58,949 bases of DNA, from positions 1 through 58,949 of IMG/VR virus record IMGVR_UViG_3300049049_000112; one strand, 5' to 3'. Source of the DNA: a virus. The translations under genes and the position numbers were made by a program. Positions 25,280-34,568 of this stretch are shown here, in pieces. The notes under the pieces were generated by a model, which searched no databases, was not told where the DNA came from, and saw only the letters and a list, made by a program, of their open reading frames with translations. Numbering within the stretch: the first letter of the stretch is position 1; each line of letters starts with the position of its first letter.

Positions 25280-26622
25280 TGCATGCCTCCCCGGTAACGC
25301 CCCTTGACCAGTACTACGATCTGACGCTTGCCGTCAGCTGCTAAATGGATGTGCGCCTGAACCCAGCCTCCGGGCAAGTCGTTATACCCATGGTCTACTA
25401 CCGCTGTTACTCCTGCTTGGCAAGCGCCATCGAGCATGCCCGGCTGGTGAGAGTGGCCGATACTGACCTTGACCCCGAGCCGCGTGTATCCGATGAACGT
25501 GCCTCTACTACCGTTTGGGCCCTTATCTCCGTGGAACCCGTGCTCTACGTCCAGAAGACGCAAGCTGTCGTTCCGCTTGAGGAACTTGACGGTCTCCGGG
25601 ACCTTATGCCTGCGGGCTTCAGCCTCGAATAGGTTCAGCCACTTGCCTGCGGAAGTGCGGCTCCGCAGGTCGCGAGACTTCATCTCGTGCCAGTACGGAG
25701 CGTTGAGCGGATCTTCCGAGTCTTTGTGCTCTTCCAACCAGCGCTCGAAGTGCTCGTCGTGGTTGGATCGTACTACGTGCGTAGTATGTTTGCCCCAGCC
25801 GCTCACCAGCTTGAGCGCGTCGCAGGCGTTCCGTACCTCTTGCTCGACGCTGTCGAAGCGCCCCTCGAACCGATGGCGACTCGACTTCTTGTGGTGGGAC
25901 CTCGAGCCGAAGTCGAGTACGTCGTGCAGGACGATGTGCTGAGGGCGAACAGCGTCAATGAGCGCCTTGGTCGCATCCAGGGCTTCGAAGTCCTCGTGCC
26001 CCGCGTGCCAGTCGCCGAGCACGAGAGACATGGCCGGGGGCGCATTCTTGACCCCGTTGGGTGTGTATACTTTATCGAGATCTGTGAAGCTGCCGTCCTT
26101 GTTCGCAGTCACGTGGCGGGCGAAGTAGCAGGCGTCTTTGTCGACCTCTACCACCAGCGCCCCGATCACGTGGTGGTGCTCCCCTTTCTTGCCTGCCTTG
26201 CTGGGCGTGTAGTTGGGCACCGTGCACGCGCCCGTGGTCCACATGATGCGGGGCGAACGGCTTGCCGTAGCCACGACCTGCAGCGTGCGCTTGGCGTGGC
26301 CGAAGATGCCCGAGCACTTGCCCAGGAAGCCCTCGAAGCCGGTCAGCGGCCTGTTGGCCGTGGGCTGGATCGAGATGTCAGAGAAGATCTTCAGGTTCTT
26401 GCAGAGGCTCCTGCGCGACGTGGCGAGGTAGGGAGTGATCTCCGCAGCCCACCAGTCGTCCGTCTCTTGCTGCTGAGACCAGCGGGAGGTGGGGTTCTTA
26501 TAGCGCCCTGGCACCACGATCAGCTCGGCCCTGTTGGCCTTGCAAAAGTTCTGCATCGAAGCGAAGAACTTAGGGTTGACCGGCGAGGCATTCTGGGCGT
26601 AGGTGACCAGGTACGTTTTCAT
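25276..26622 (-). CDS. Calcineurin-like metallophosphoesterase with an uncharacterised N-terminal half
   Basis: 448 aa; LGDWHAGHED, HIVLHDVLD, VRSNHDEHF, GFHGDKG, IGHSHQPG motifs. Confidence 0.7.
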   Translation of the reverse strand: MKTYLVTYAQNASPVNPKFFASMQNFCKANRAELIVVPGRYKNPTSRWSQQQETDDWWAAEITPYLATSRRSLCKNLKIFSDISIQPTANRPLTGFEGFLGKCSGIFGHAKRTLQVVATASRSPRIMWTTGACTVPNYTPSKAGKKGEHHHVIGALVVEVDKDACYFARHVTANKDGSFTDLDKVYTPNGVKNAPPAMSLVLGDWHAGHEDFEALDATKALIDAVRPQHIVLHDVLDFGSRSHHKKSSRHRFEGRFDSVEQEVRNACDALKLVSGWGKHTTHVVRSNHDEHFERWLEEHKDSEDPLNAPYWHEMKSRDLRSRTSAGKWLNLFEAEARRHKVPETVKFLKRNDSLRLLDVEHGFHGDKGPNGSRGTFIGYTRLGVKVSIGHSHQPGMLDGACQAGVTAVVDHGYNDLPGGWVQAHIHLAADGKRQIVVLVKGRYRGGMQ

Positions 26623-26807
26623 AAAAACTCGCCGTATTTAGCCTCGAACCTGTCAGAACACGCAACGCTGCAGAACAGCACCCGCCTCAGCACCGGCTCG
26701 CAGCACTCACCGCAAACGAACTCCTCGTTAGGGTCTACGTCTTGCTCGAACAGCGGGCGAATGGCCTTGAACCAAGCAGTCTTTAGTCGCCTGTACGCGC
26801 CTCTCAT
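26619..26807 (-). CDS. Small Cys-rich (zinc-binding-like) protein (62 aa)
   Basis: CGECCEP...CSVAC; coupled overlaps. Confidence 0.5.
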   Translation of the reverse strand: MRGAYRRLKTAWFKAIRPLFEQDVDPNEEFVCGECCEPVLRRVLFCSVACSDRFEAKYGEFL

Positions 26808-27280
26808 CGAATCCCACCGCCCTCGACGAACTTAGCGTTTGGGTACCGAGCGCTAAGCTTCTCGTAGTTCGCCTGGGCGATCTGCATCAGATCCTTGCCG
26901 GTCACGTCCTGGAGGCGCATCGCACTGCTGAGTAAGAGCCCGCTCAGCAGCTCTGAGTCCAGGTCTTTGCCGTGCCACAGCGCCTTCTTCACGTGGTCAC
27001 AGATGCGCGCCACGTTCGTGCTCAGGGGTAGGTTGTTGGGCTCGCCCCTCGCCTCGACGGCCACACCTTCGCAAGTGAGCGCCCACACCAGTGCAGTGTG
27101 GTACCAGAGGACGTCTCCTGCCTCGAGAAGAGCCTCTTGGAGAGTGCCGGTGAGTAGCGCCTCCTCGAGCTCGCCCGTCTCGCCAGCGAGGCCCAGGCAG
27201 ATGCACGCAAGCGGCATCCTTACGCCGTCCTTGTGCGCTAGCTGGATGACGAAATCTGCGTAGATTTCGGGCGTAATCAT
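26804..27280 (-). CDS. mazG: MazG-like nucleoside triphosphate pyrophosphohydrolase
   Basis: 158 aa from ATG 27280; LGLAGETGELEEAL...EAGDVLWY all-alpha NTP-PPase motifs. Confidence 0.75.
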   Translation of the reverse strand: MITPEIYADFVIQLAHKDGVRMPLACICLGLAGETGELEEALLTGTLQEALLEAGDVLWYHTALVWALTCEGVAVEARGEPNNLPLSTNVARICDHVKKALWHGKDLDSELLSGLLLSSAMRLQDVTGKDLMQIAQANYEKLSARYPNAKFVEGGGIR

Positions 27281-27621
27281 ACTACTGCCTCTTGGGCCAG
27301 GGCGCCCTGCTTGATCGCGTGGCGGACCTTGCGACGGATGCCCTCGTACATCGTTTCGTAGTTGGTGGGTAGTAGGCCAGCGCCGGAAACGGTCGTGCCG
27401 CGGACGTACAGGCTCTCGTGGTACTGGTCCATCGAGCGGGGAGTAGCAACGTAGTGCCCGCAGATCTTGAGTAGTGACGAGACGATCGCCTGCCCGGCCC
27501 ACATCTTCTGCTGGATCGCCTTGCGACGGCGCATCACTTCCTTGACCGGGTTCGGGTGCTTGTTTCCCGCAATACGCGTATCTGTGGCTTGGCGTCGCGC
27601 CAGCTTACGTCGAGCAGACAT
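27277..27621 (-). CDS. Hypothetical basic protein (114 aa)
   Basis: ATG 27621 preceded by gggggag; upstream part of track ORF 27277..27744 rejected. Confidence 0.55.
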   Translation of the reverse strand: MSARRKLARRQATDTRIAGNKHPNPVKEVMRRRKAIQQKMWAGQAIVSSLLKICGHYVATPRSMDQYHESLYVRGTTVSGAGLLPTNYETMYEGIRRKVRHAIKQGALAQEAVV

Positions 27622-27706
27622 CTTAGTACTCCCCCAGAGTTTATGAAGTGAGGCGCCCAGGCAGCCTTTTCGCGGCCGAGCGTTGCAGTTCTCGTTTCCT
27701 AGGCGC

Positions 27707-27775
27707 CTCAAGCAGCACACCGACTGCTGTCTACGGGCTCTCATTTGTGGAGAGCCAGTCGGTGTGCTGCTTGAG
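27707..27775. promoter_or_regulatory. 20-bp perfect inverted repeat with nested hairpin in the early operon
   Basis: ctcaagcagcacaccgactg (27707-27726) pairs with cagtcggtgtgctgcttgag (27756-27775); loop contains gctctc/gagagc; flanked by gaggcgcc/ggcgcctc and ctaccc-gaa-gggtag. Confidence 0.6.
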
Positions 27776-27809
27776 AAACCCTACCCGAAGGGTAGCGGAA
27801 ATCTCCGGA

Positions 27810-28529
27810 CTACCGACCCAACATCTTCTTCAGATCGTCTACGTGCACCGGGTCCTGGGTGTCGTCTTCCTCGTTCCAGAAGTAGTTCGGGTCTTCAGGG
27901 TGAACTTTCCAGGGATGTGGAGGGAACGGGGCGGAAGGCGATCGACGAACGCTGGGGGCAGCCGGAGGAGCCTTCGGCGTCGCCTTCGCTTCGAAGGGCG
28001 CTGGCTTGGTCTCCGGCAGCTCGACGGGAGCGAAGCCGGCAGGAATCTCGCCCTTCCAGGCAGAGACCGGGTACACCTCGAGGTAGCTCGTGGGGCCGTT
28101 CTTGCCCACGTAGGCCACGGACTTGATCACGACCAAGCGGCCAGCGAGGGGCGAGACAGGGCGCTGTGAGATGGCCTTTTCGTAGGCCTCCTGGTTGACC
28201 GTCGAAGCGTTGCTCCGAGGGTGCCCGAAGCATGCCGCTACCGCGACCTGGATCTTCCCGATGTCCTTCGCTTTCGCCTGAGCGGGCGTCACGCCCTTGC
28301 CACCGCGGGCTTCGTCCGGGCACACCGAGTACGCCACTTCATATCCTGCCGGGATACCGCTCTCGGGAGCGGGCGAGATGATCTTGCCGTCGAGAAAGAA
28401 GCGAGGGGCATTGAAGCCGTCGGCCTTCCAGCGGAGATTCAGTACCTCTGTGAGGTAGTCTCCCGCAGGGAGCTTGTAGTTCCTGTTGTAGTTCCCGCCG
28501 ACCTTCGCTTCGCTCATGGAGATAGACAT
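27810..28529 (-). CDS. Hypothetical protein, possible OB-fold ssDNA-binding protein (DUF669-like)
   Basis: 239 aa; N-terminal KLPAGDYLTEVLNLRWKADG pattern; Pro/Ala-rich linker and acidic tail; function uncertain. Confidence 0.4.
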   Translation of the reverse strand: MSISMSEAKVGGNYNRNYKLPAGDYLTEVLNLRWKADGFNAPRFFLDGKIISPAPESGIPAGYEVAYSVCPDEARGGKGVTPAQAKAKDIGKIQVAVAACFGHPRSNASTVNQEAYEKAISQRPVSPLAGRLVVIKSVAYVGKNGPTSYLEVYPVSAWKGEIPAGFAPVELPETKPAPFEAKATPKAPPAAPSVRRSPSAPFPPHPWKVHPEDPNYFWNEEDDTQDPVHVDDLKKMLGR

Positions 28530-28586
28530 TTGAGTGCTTCCTTTTGTGTGCGTGGATGACTTCAGTGCTGAGTTGCTACTATCCCA

Positions 28587-28805
28587 CTACTCTTCGTCTG
28601 CGTCAAGCTTTCCGCTCGAAAGTTTGATGGCCGTGTCCAGAGCTTGTGACATGGCGTCGTCTTCGCTGTGGGTCATGACCTCGGTGACACGATGGATGAT
28701 CTCTCCCATCGAGCGCACCGTTACTACGACCTTCACCTCGACGGTGCTGTCCTGATACCCAAGCGCCACGTCCCGAACCAGCTCGTCGTACTGTACTGCA
28801 ATCAT
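28587..28805 (-). CDS. Hypothetical protein (72 aa)
   Basis: ATG 28805 preceded by aggggggaa; longer track ORF start rejected. Confidence 0.5.
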   Translation of the reverse strand: MIAVQYDELVRDVALGYQDSTVEVKVVVTVRSMGEIIHRVTEVMTHSEDDAMSQALDTAIKLSSGKLDADEE

Positions 28806-28871
28806 TGGTTCCCCCCTGTAGTTCTCAAGCTCGCATGGCCCTAAGGTTAGGGCAAACAGAAACGTCAAAAG

Positions 28872-30779
28872 TTACTCACTTTCACTCTCGTCTTCATCAA
28901 CGCCACCCGACCAACGGGCTAGCTCCGGCCCACGCTGTTCGAGCTCGCGCATGGTCGGCATGCAGGTCTTCGCGTAGCGGATCTTCTGCGGAGAAAATAG
29001 GATTTCTGCGGCGAATCTGCCCTTTTGCGTAGAGGCTCCGTAGAAGCTCCGCAGGTGCTCCACGCACCCCAGGTAGATCCAGTTTTCGACCACGGCTGCC
29101 GTTTGCCCGGGGCGATGCGTGCGGCCGAGGCTCTGCTCGTTCGGCATTGTGAGCCACAGATTCTTCGACCAGAACCCCTGCAGGTTCTTGCCGGTGCCGT
29201 TGCTCATGATCGAGGCGACAGCTGCCCCGCCTGGGTGCTGCTTGATATGTCGGCCCTTCTTGTCAACGCTGCCTGCACCGTAGTAAGGCACGCCAGCGGC
29301 CTCTGCGATGCGCTCGCCCAGACCGATGTGCAGAACCCACACGACACCACCGTGCTCTTTGATCCAGTCGACAGCGGTGTCTACAGCTTCGTCAGACACC
29401 CACACCGCGACACTGGGCGGCTCGAGAAGGCCGGTGCGGGCTCGCTCCGCGTCCCTGGCCAGCTCCCACGCCACGAGGGCGCCTTCGTCGTCGTAGAGGC
29501 CCTTGCGGACTGCGGCTTTCATACGAGCTTCGGAGTCGATGCCCCTGCGGTTCGCCTTGATTGCCTTGCGGCACCACTTCGCCCAAGCGTTGCGCTTCTC
29601 GCGCCAGTCGTCGGGCGGTGCAGGGGACCATTGTTGCCAAAAACCCAGGCCGATAGTGGTGAGCTTGGCGCTCAGCTGCATCGCGTCCATGAGCTGATTG
29701 CCGTCTGGTAGGGTCATCGTGCGCTTGAGCTCGGCGTAGGCTTCCTCTACCTCGGGGTCTTCGTCGCTGGGGAAGATGGCGTCGACCGTCAGGCCGATGT
29801 CCATCGGCGGGTCTTGGGTGCCGATGAAGCCTGGCGTTTCGAACATGCGGCGGGCGACTGCATGCCTGACGATCGTCCGCTCGTCGTCCGCGAGCTCGCA
29901 CTGAGAAGCCGCTGCCTTCTCCTCGGGCGTCAAGATGTCCCGCAGCGCGCCGATGCCAGCGCGCGGGCCCACGCCTGCCTTCGCGTCGAGGTAGCTCGCC
30001 CACATCTCGCGCTCGAGGTAGTCGTACGGCAGCGGAGAGCCCTCGCCGAGGCACCACTCCATGATGTGGCTGGCGTCCTTGATCGACGTCTTGAACGGAG
30101 TGCCGCTCATGGCGACGATGATCGTGTTGGGGAACTTCTTCTTGTACGCCTTGATGCGCTTGGTTGTCGTGGTCGTCGAGCCCGAGCAGCGGTGGGCTTC
30201 GTCCAGCACGATAAGGTCGGGAGCCATAAGCTCGATGCGCGAGAGCTTGAGCACGTTGCCGTCTGCGTCGAGGTCCTCGCCAGCGCTCGGGCTCGCGAGC
30301 ATCTCGTACGAGAGCATCGGGTACACCGCAGGCCCGTGCCAGTCCTTGCGGAACTTCACGAACTCGGCAGAGACATCCGGGATCATGTTCGCAGGGCAGA
30401 CGTACAGCGGGCGCTTGCAGCCCAGTACCTGGGGCAAGAGGAAAGACAATAGGGTTTTGCCTCCGCCGACCTTGATAGGGGCGAAGAGCCCGCGAACCTT
30501 CCACGCCTCTGCAAGCGCAATCGCCTGAATAGGCCGCATGGGTCCGGGGTAAGGGGCGGGTCCCTTAGCGAACTTCTCAGTCAAGAAGCGCGCGAGCTCG
30601 ATGTTCTCTGGGTCGTCTTGCTGAGGTATGGGCCTACGGGGTAGGCCCATGACCCGCATAAACTCGGGCCCACGCTCGACGTCAGTGAACTTCTTAGCTT
30701 CCTCGACAGGAGCTTCGGCCTCCATCTGCGAGAGCGTCACGCCCATTCTGACGAGTTGTTCGGTTGCAGAGAGCAGCAC
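28872..30779 (-). CDS. SNF2/DEAD-like superfamily 2 helicase
   Basis: Walker A KVGGGKTLLS, DEAH box VLDEAHRC, motif VI GRTHRPGQ; start GTG 30779 is uncertain. Confidence 0.8.
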   Translation of the reverse strand: MLLSATEQLVRMGVTLSQMEAEAPVEEAKKFTDVERGPEFMRVMGLPRRPIPQQDDPENIELARFLTEKFAKGPAPYPGPMRPIQAIALAEAWKVRGLFAPIKVGGGKTLLSFLLPQVLGCKRPLYVCPANMIPDVSAEFVKFRKDWHGPAVYPMLSYEMLASPSAGEDLDADGNVLKLSRIELMAPDLIVLDEAHRCSGSTTTTTKRIKAYKKKFPNTIIVAMSGTPFKTSIKDASHIMEWCLGEGSPLPYDYLEREMWASYLDAKAGVGPRAGIGALRDILTPEEKAAASQCELADDERTIVRHAVARRMFETPGFIGTQDPPMDIGLTVDAIFPSDEDPEVEEAYAELKRTMTLPDGNQLMDAMQLSAKLTTIGLGFWQQWSPAPPDDWREKRNAWAKWCRKAIKANRRGIDSEARMKAAVRKGLYDDEGALVAWELARDAERARTGLLEPPSVAVWVSDEAVDTAVDWIKEHGGVVWVLHIGLGERIAEAAGVPYYGAGSVDKKGRHIKQHPGGAAVASIMSNGTGKNLQGFWSKNLWLTMPNEQSLGRTHRPGQTAAVVENWIYLGCVEHLRSFYGASTQKGRFAAEILFSPQKIRYAKTCMPTMRELEQRGPELARWSGGVDEDESESE

Positions 30780-30782
30780 CAG

Positions 30783-30878
30783 TTACCTCAGTACTTTGTA
30801 TGCAAGAAAGAAGAACATCGCCAGCCACACGGGCAGCCAACCGTTCAACATGGCCACAGCCAAGAGCAACGGGACCAT
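30783..30878 (-). CDS. Mini-ORF, 31-aa hydrophobic peptide
   Basis: MVPLLLAVAMLNGWLPVWLAMFFFLAYKVLR; its ATG shares one base with the upstream TGA. Confidence 0.3.
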   Translation of the reverse strand: MVPLLLAVAMLNGWLPVWLAMFFFLAYKVLR

Positions 30879-32665
30879 CAGAAGCCCCGGACGACTTCGC
30901 TCGCGAAGCTGCTCAGCGTCTCGAGCAGCACGCTGCCTTCTGGGGTGCGCGAGTCGATCACGAGGCTACCGAACATGCTGAAGTAGCCTTGCTCGTGAAG
31001 CATCTTCACCGCAACGCAGAGGTCCCCTGCGCCCGTGAACTGGATGAAGCGCCAGTCGTCTTTGCCGTGGTGCTTCTTGATCAGCTTGTTGGCCTCGGCC
31101 ATGACGTCGCGGAGCTCGAGTTCTCGGAACGTGGGCGCGCAGTTGACGTAGAGCACGAACTCGTTCTTGGGCAGCGGAGCGGGCTGCTCGTCCACAGCAT
31201 CGACGGCGATCGCGATCTTGTCGAGGATGCGCTCCTCCAGCTCGCCTGCCCTCTCTACCTCTGCCCAGCTCTCCATGCCGGACGCCGCTGCAAGAGCGGA
31301 CTTGCCTGGCAGCTTCGGCGCAGTCTTGACGGGCGGAGTGCCGCAGGCGAGCTCTTCCTCGTAGTAGCCCGCTCCTTTGATCTTGGTGAGAGCGTGGTGT
31401 GTTGCTTGGTCAAGGTCTGCCTGCTCCTGGATCGTTCCGTCCGCAACCTTGGCGCGGTGGGCGCGGATCGACTCTCGCAGAGCTGCGTCTCGAGCGCGGG
31501 AGTTCTCCGCTACTGCGCCGAGAGTAACCGCCAGAGCCTTCAGCTGGTCTCGAGAGAGCCCGTCCAGGTCGTCGGTCGCTTCGGCCTGCGCCTCGGCAAC
31601 TACCGGCTGAGTAATGCCCTGCAGCTCAGCGGCGTGCTCGGGCGAGAGGGCAGCGACCTTGGGCGCCTCGGGAGGGTTCACGAAGCCGCTCTCGGGCGTA
31701 GTAATGTCCTTGCTATGCTGAGCCCAGCGCTCATCGATTGCCTTCTTGGGCAAGGGGGGTACGGCTACGAGCTTCGGCGGAAGCTTCGGAGGCGCCTTCG
31801 GTGCCGAGCCTGGGAAACCTGCCGTGATTGCGTCCTTGAAATCTTGCATCGGTGCTGCTCCTGTCATTGAGATCTGGATGTTCGGTTTGCAGAGTTCCAT
31901 GTGCGGGCACTGCTGGCGGTAGGCGTAGCATTGCCCGGTATTAGTTGGTAAGTCAAGCACGTTCAGCTCGCCCGCGCGATGAGCTGCGTAGTAGGCCTGT
32001 ATCACTTTTGCGTGCTGGTTCAGGCGGGCGACGTGTGCGAACACGGTGTTACGATCGAAGTCGAACCATACTACCTTGACGGTAGCGCTGCCGTTCATCT
32101 GGACGTAGACCCAGCGGCCGGACACGCGCTCTGCTCCGCCGAGGAAAGCTTCGTAGGCGTAGAGGTTCGCGGCTGGGTCCTCGAGCAGCTCGTGGGGCTC
32201 CTTGGCGTTGCGCAGGGAGCCGGTGAACTTGTAGTCCTGGATGACTACCCAGCTGGTGCGCCCGATTCGGCGCATTTTGCCGAGGCGCTTTTCTACGCCC
32301 GCCTGGAACGGATCTCGTGCTATATCCGGCTGCCAACAGAACGCGGCGTCTATGTAGCCGACCCACGGCGAGTGAGGCGTGTCGAAGCGGACCGGTACCT
32401 CGATCTCGGCTACGCCCTTCGGCGGGGCGTACTTCAGGGCAGCGAGAGCCGGCTTCGTGGTGGGCAGTATGCCGTGCAGGGACCACGCTTCCATCTCGGC
32501 GTGGTGGGCCGTACCGCGTACGGCTGCGTCGCCTTGAGGCTCCTTGAGGCCCAGGAGGCGGGCGAAGCCCCAACGGCGCCAGCACTCGGTCTGCTTGAGC
32601 TGGCTCGCGGAGATAAGCGGTAGGCGGTAGGGGCCTGTCCGCTGCGCTGTAGAAGATCTGCTCAT
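30878..32665 (-). CDS. Cas4/RecB-like PD-(D/E)xK nuclease fused to a Pro/Ala-rich linker and an unknown C-terminal domain
   Basis: 595 aa; GYIDAAF, IQDYKFTG (D..DxK) and Cys cluster CYAYRQQCPHMELC plus an N-terminal Cys (TECW). Confidence 0.7.
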   Translation of the reverse strand: MSRSSTAQRTGPYRLPLISASQLKQTECWRRWGFARLLGLKEPQGDAAVRGTAHHAEMEAWSLHGILPTTKPALAALKYAPPKGVAEIEVPVRFDTPHSPWVGYIDAAFCWQPDIARDPFQAGVEKRLGKMRRIGRTSWVVIQDYKFTGSLRNAKEPHELLEDPAANLYAYEAFLGGAERVSGRWVYVQMNGSATVKVVWFDFDRNTVFAHVARLNQHAKVIQAYYAAHRAGELNVLDLPTNTGQCYAYRQQCPHMELCKPNIQISMTGAAPMQDFKDAITAGFPGSAPKAPPKLPPKLVAVPPLPKKAIDERWAQHSKDITTPESGFVNPPEAPKVAALSPEHAAELQGITQPVVAEAQAEATDDLDGLSRDQLKALAVTLGAVAENSRARDAALRESIRAHRAKVADGTIQEQADLDQATHHALTKIKGAGYYEEELACGTPPVKTAPKLPGKSALAAASGMESWAEVERAGELEERILDKIAIAVDAVDEQPAPLPKNEFVLYVNCAPTFRELELRDVMAEANKLIKKHHGKDDWRFIQFTGAGDLCVAVKMLHEQGYFSMFGSLVIDSRTPEGSVLLETLSSFASEVVRGF

Positions 32666-33555
32666 TTGACCTTACCTTTCCACTCGTCGACCACCGCCCT
32701 GAGCTCGTCGCGCTCCTTCGAAACAGCCACGATCTCCGCAGCCACCTCGCGCACGCCCGCCAGCACTGACTGGAGGTGCACTAGCAAGTAGCGACAGGCG
32801 ACAGCGGGGGACTCTTGGGACATGCTTGCGAGCAGCCAGCCGCCATACCGCCGCTCCCCATCCCCATCCCCATCCGCCACAGGCAGCACAGACGACGCGT
32901 CGGGCTCGCTCGGTTCGCGCCTGCACGCTGACACGGCCCACACCACCCAGTGGGGCTCGCCGTCTATGTCTACACGGACGTGGTCGGGGTCGCCATCGTG
33001 GAGGCCGAGCACCTTCCCAACGCGCCCCGTGCCCATGTTGCGGACGCGCTCTCCTACTGCGATGGGGTCGACGCTTATAGCCTTGCACGGTTCTATAAGC
33101 TTACTATCAGCGTGGGCGGGCTCGGGCGGGAGGCGGGTGACGTACTCGGCCAGGATGGCGTACCTATTGTCGAGGTCGATCCATCCGTCGCTCAGTAACG
33201 CTGTGACGACATGCTCGTTGCCGCCAGTGCGCGTGCGGACTCTATCGCCCACCGCGATCGGCGCCTCAACCTTACTGTCGTCGAGTTCTGCAATCCGCGC
33301 GACAAGATCATCACGGGCGTCGTAAGACTCCCCGATCTTCCTGTCCCGGTCCGACACCTCCTTTTCCAAGTCGGCCACGAGCTCGTTTGCGGTGATGAGC
33401 TGCTGCCGCAGCTCCGCAATCTCGCGCTCGTCATCGCGCAGGCGCCGGGCGGCTTCATGGCACGTGGTAAGCGCCTCTAGCGTCGCGCAGCCTCGGGATT
33501 TTGCGAGTAGCAAGTCCGCCAACTCCTGGCGCGATAGCTTCGTAAGGTCGGTCAT
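32662..33555 (-). CDS. Hypothetical protein with coiled coil and two SH3/KOW-like repeats
   Basis: 297 aa; repeated VGDRVRTRTGGNEHVV / VGERVRNMGTGRVGKV segments. Confidence 0.55.
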   Translation of the reverse strand: MTDLTKLSRQELADLLLAKSRGCATLEALTTCHEAARRLRDDEREIAELRQQLITANELVADLEKEVSDRDRKIGESYDARDDLVARIAELDDSKVEAPIAVGDRVRTRTGGNEHVVTALLSDGWIDLDNRYAILAEYVTRLPPEPAHADSKLIEPCKAISVDPIAVGERVRNMGTGRVGKVLGLHDGDPDHVRVDIDGEPHWVVWAVSACRREPSEPDASSVLPVADGDGDGERRYGGWLLASMSQESPAVACRYLLVHLQSVLAGVREVAAEIVAVSKERDELRAVVDEWKGKVK

Positions 33556-33701
33556 CGTGGGCTCCGTAGGAGGCTTCGGGCTTCCGGTGAAAGGGGAGGT
33601 ATGGCGCGCAGTGTGCGAAAACCTGGAGGCATCTCAAGGCCTCTGATGTTACCGCCGAACACCAGGGCGAGCTGGGCGTTGATTTCGTCTAGAGAGTTCA
33701 T
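33552..33701 (-). CDS. Small hypothetical protein (49 aa), leaderless start
   Basis: ATG 33701 lies 7 nt after the -10 of a TTGACT-N17-GAGTGT promoter. Confidence 0.45.
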   Translation of the reverse strand: MNSLDEINAQLALVFGGNIRGLEMPPGFRTLRAIPPLSPEARSLLRSPR

Positions 33702-33708
33702 ACTCACG

Positions 33709-33737
33709 ACACTCTCATTTCCTACTACCAGAGTCAA
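33709..33737 (-). promoter_or_regulatory. Early sigma70-like promoter TTGACT-N17-GAGTGT
   Basis: Minus strand reads ttgact-ctggtagtaggaaatga-gagtgt-cgtgagt-ATG. Confidence 0.5.
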
Positions 33738-33738
33738 C

Positions 33739-34359
33739 TTATTTGTCGTAGCGGGATCGGGATACTCTCTCTGCGATCCAGTCGCCGACCTTCATTCCGT
33801 TGGGTAGTACGGCCTCGTGGTTCGGGATGGCGAAGAAGACAGCCGAGACCTGCGTCGTTTCGCTCGGTAGTACGGAATGCTTCGTGGCCGGCCCCGTGCC
33901 GAGGATCTCGGTTATCTCACCGAGATGACATTGCTCGTTCAGTTTACGTACGCTCGGAGGTATGTGGTCCCGACCGTCGTGCACGAACTTGTCTGGTTGA
34001 TTGCGATACAACATGAGGGTGAACAGGTTGAAATCGGTGTGCTCGTGAGAACCTGCGCCGGGTGGGTACTCAAGTACCCGGAGTGCGCAGTGCTCGTAGG
34101 ACGGAGCGTAGTAGTGATGCACCAGCCGACTGCCAACCCGGCACGCGAGATTGAAGGCTTGTTGGTAGAAGGACCTAAGCCGCACCCGCTCCAGTTCTCC
34201 GGGGTGTCGGTACTTAGGGGCAACGTGAGCGTAGCGCTTCTCCGTGTCCACCTTGCCGTCTCCGTTTGGTGACTCGACGATCGTGGGGCGGTACCCTGGG
34301 TACTGCGGCTGGAAGACTATGTTCCGAAGGGTGCTCATCTCGTCTTCGGTGAACATCAC
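33739..34359 (-). CDS. 2-oxoglutarate/Fe(II)-dependent oxygenase
   Basis: 206 aa; HxD (SHEHTDFNLFTL) and distal His (ATKHSV) in an IPNS/ACCO-like arrangement. Confidence 0.7.
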   Translation of the reverse strand: MMFTEDEMSTLRNIVFQPQYPGYRPTIVESPNGDGKVDTEKRYAHVAPKYRHPGELERVRLRSFYQQAFNLACRVGSRLVHHYYAPSYEHCALRVLEYPPGAGSHEHTDFNLFTLMLYRNQPDKFVHDGRDHIPPSVRKLNEQCHLGEITEILGTGPATKHSVLPSETTQVSAVFFAIPNHEAVLPNGMKVGDWIAERVSRSRYDK

Positions 34360-34568
34360 ACCCTCGGCAGTAGGTATTTGAGAGCCATACGATCCGCTCG
34401 GGAGTAGAGCGCGAGAAACATTACGGGGTCAGGGACATCCGCCAGCCGGCGCTCCCCTTCGACGAAGAGAGCGATGCCGATCTCCCGCGAGCCTTCTCGG
34501 AAATGTTGCTCTGCCTGTTGGTAGAGCTGAGTGCAATCTAGAGCTAAGTTTTTCATGTCGTACTCCAT
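34356..34568 (-). CDS. Hypothetical protein (70 aa; alternative start ATG 34556)
   Basis: The internal ATG 34556 forms an ATGA overlap with the upstream mini-ORF stop. Confidence 0.5.
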   Translation of the reverse strand: MEYDMKNLALDCTQLYQQAEQHFREGSREIGIALFVEGERRLADVPDPVMFLALYSRADRMALKYLLPRV

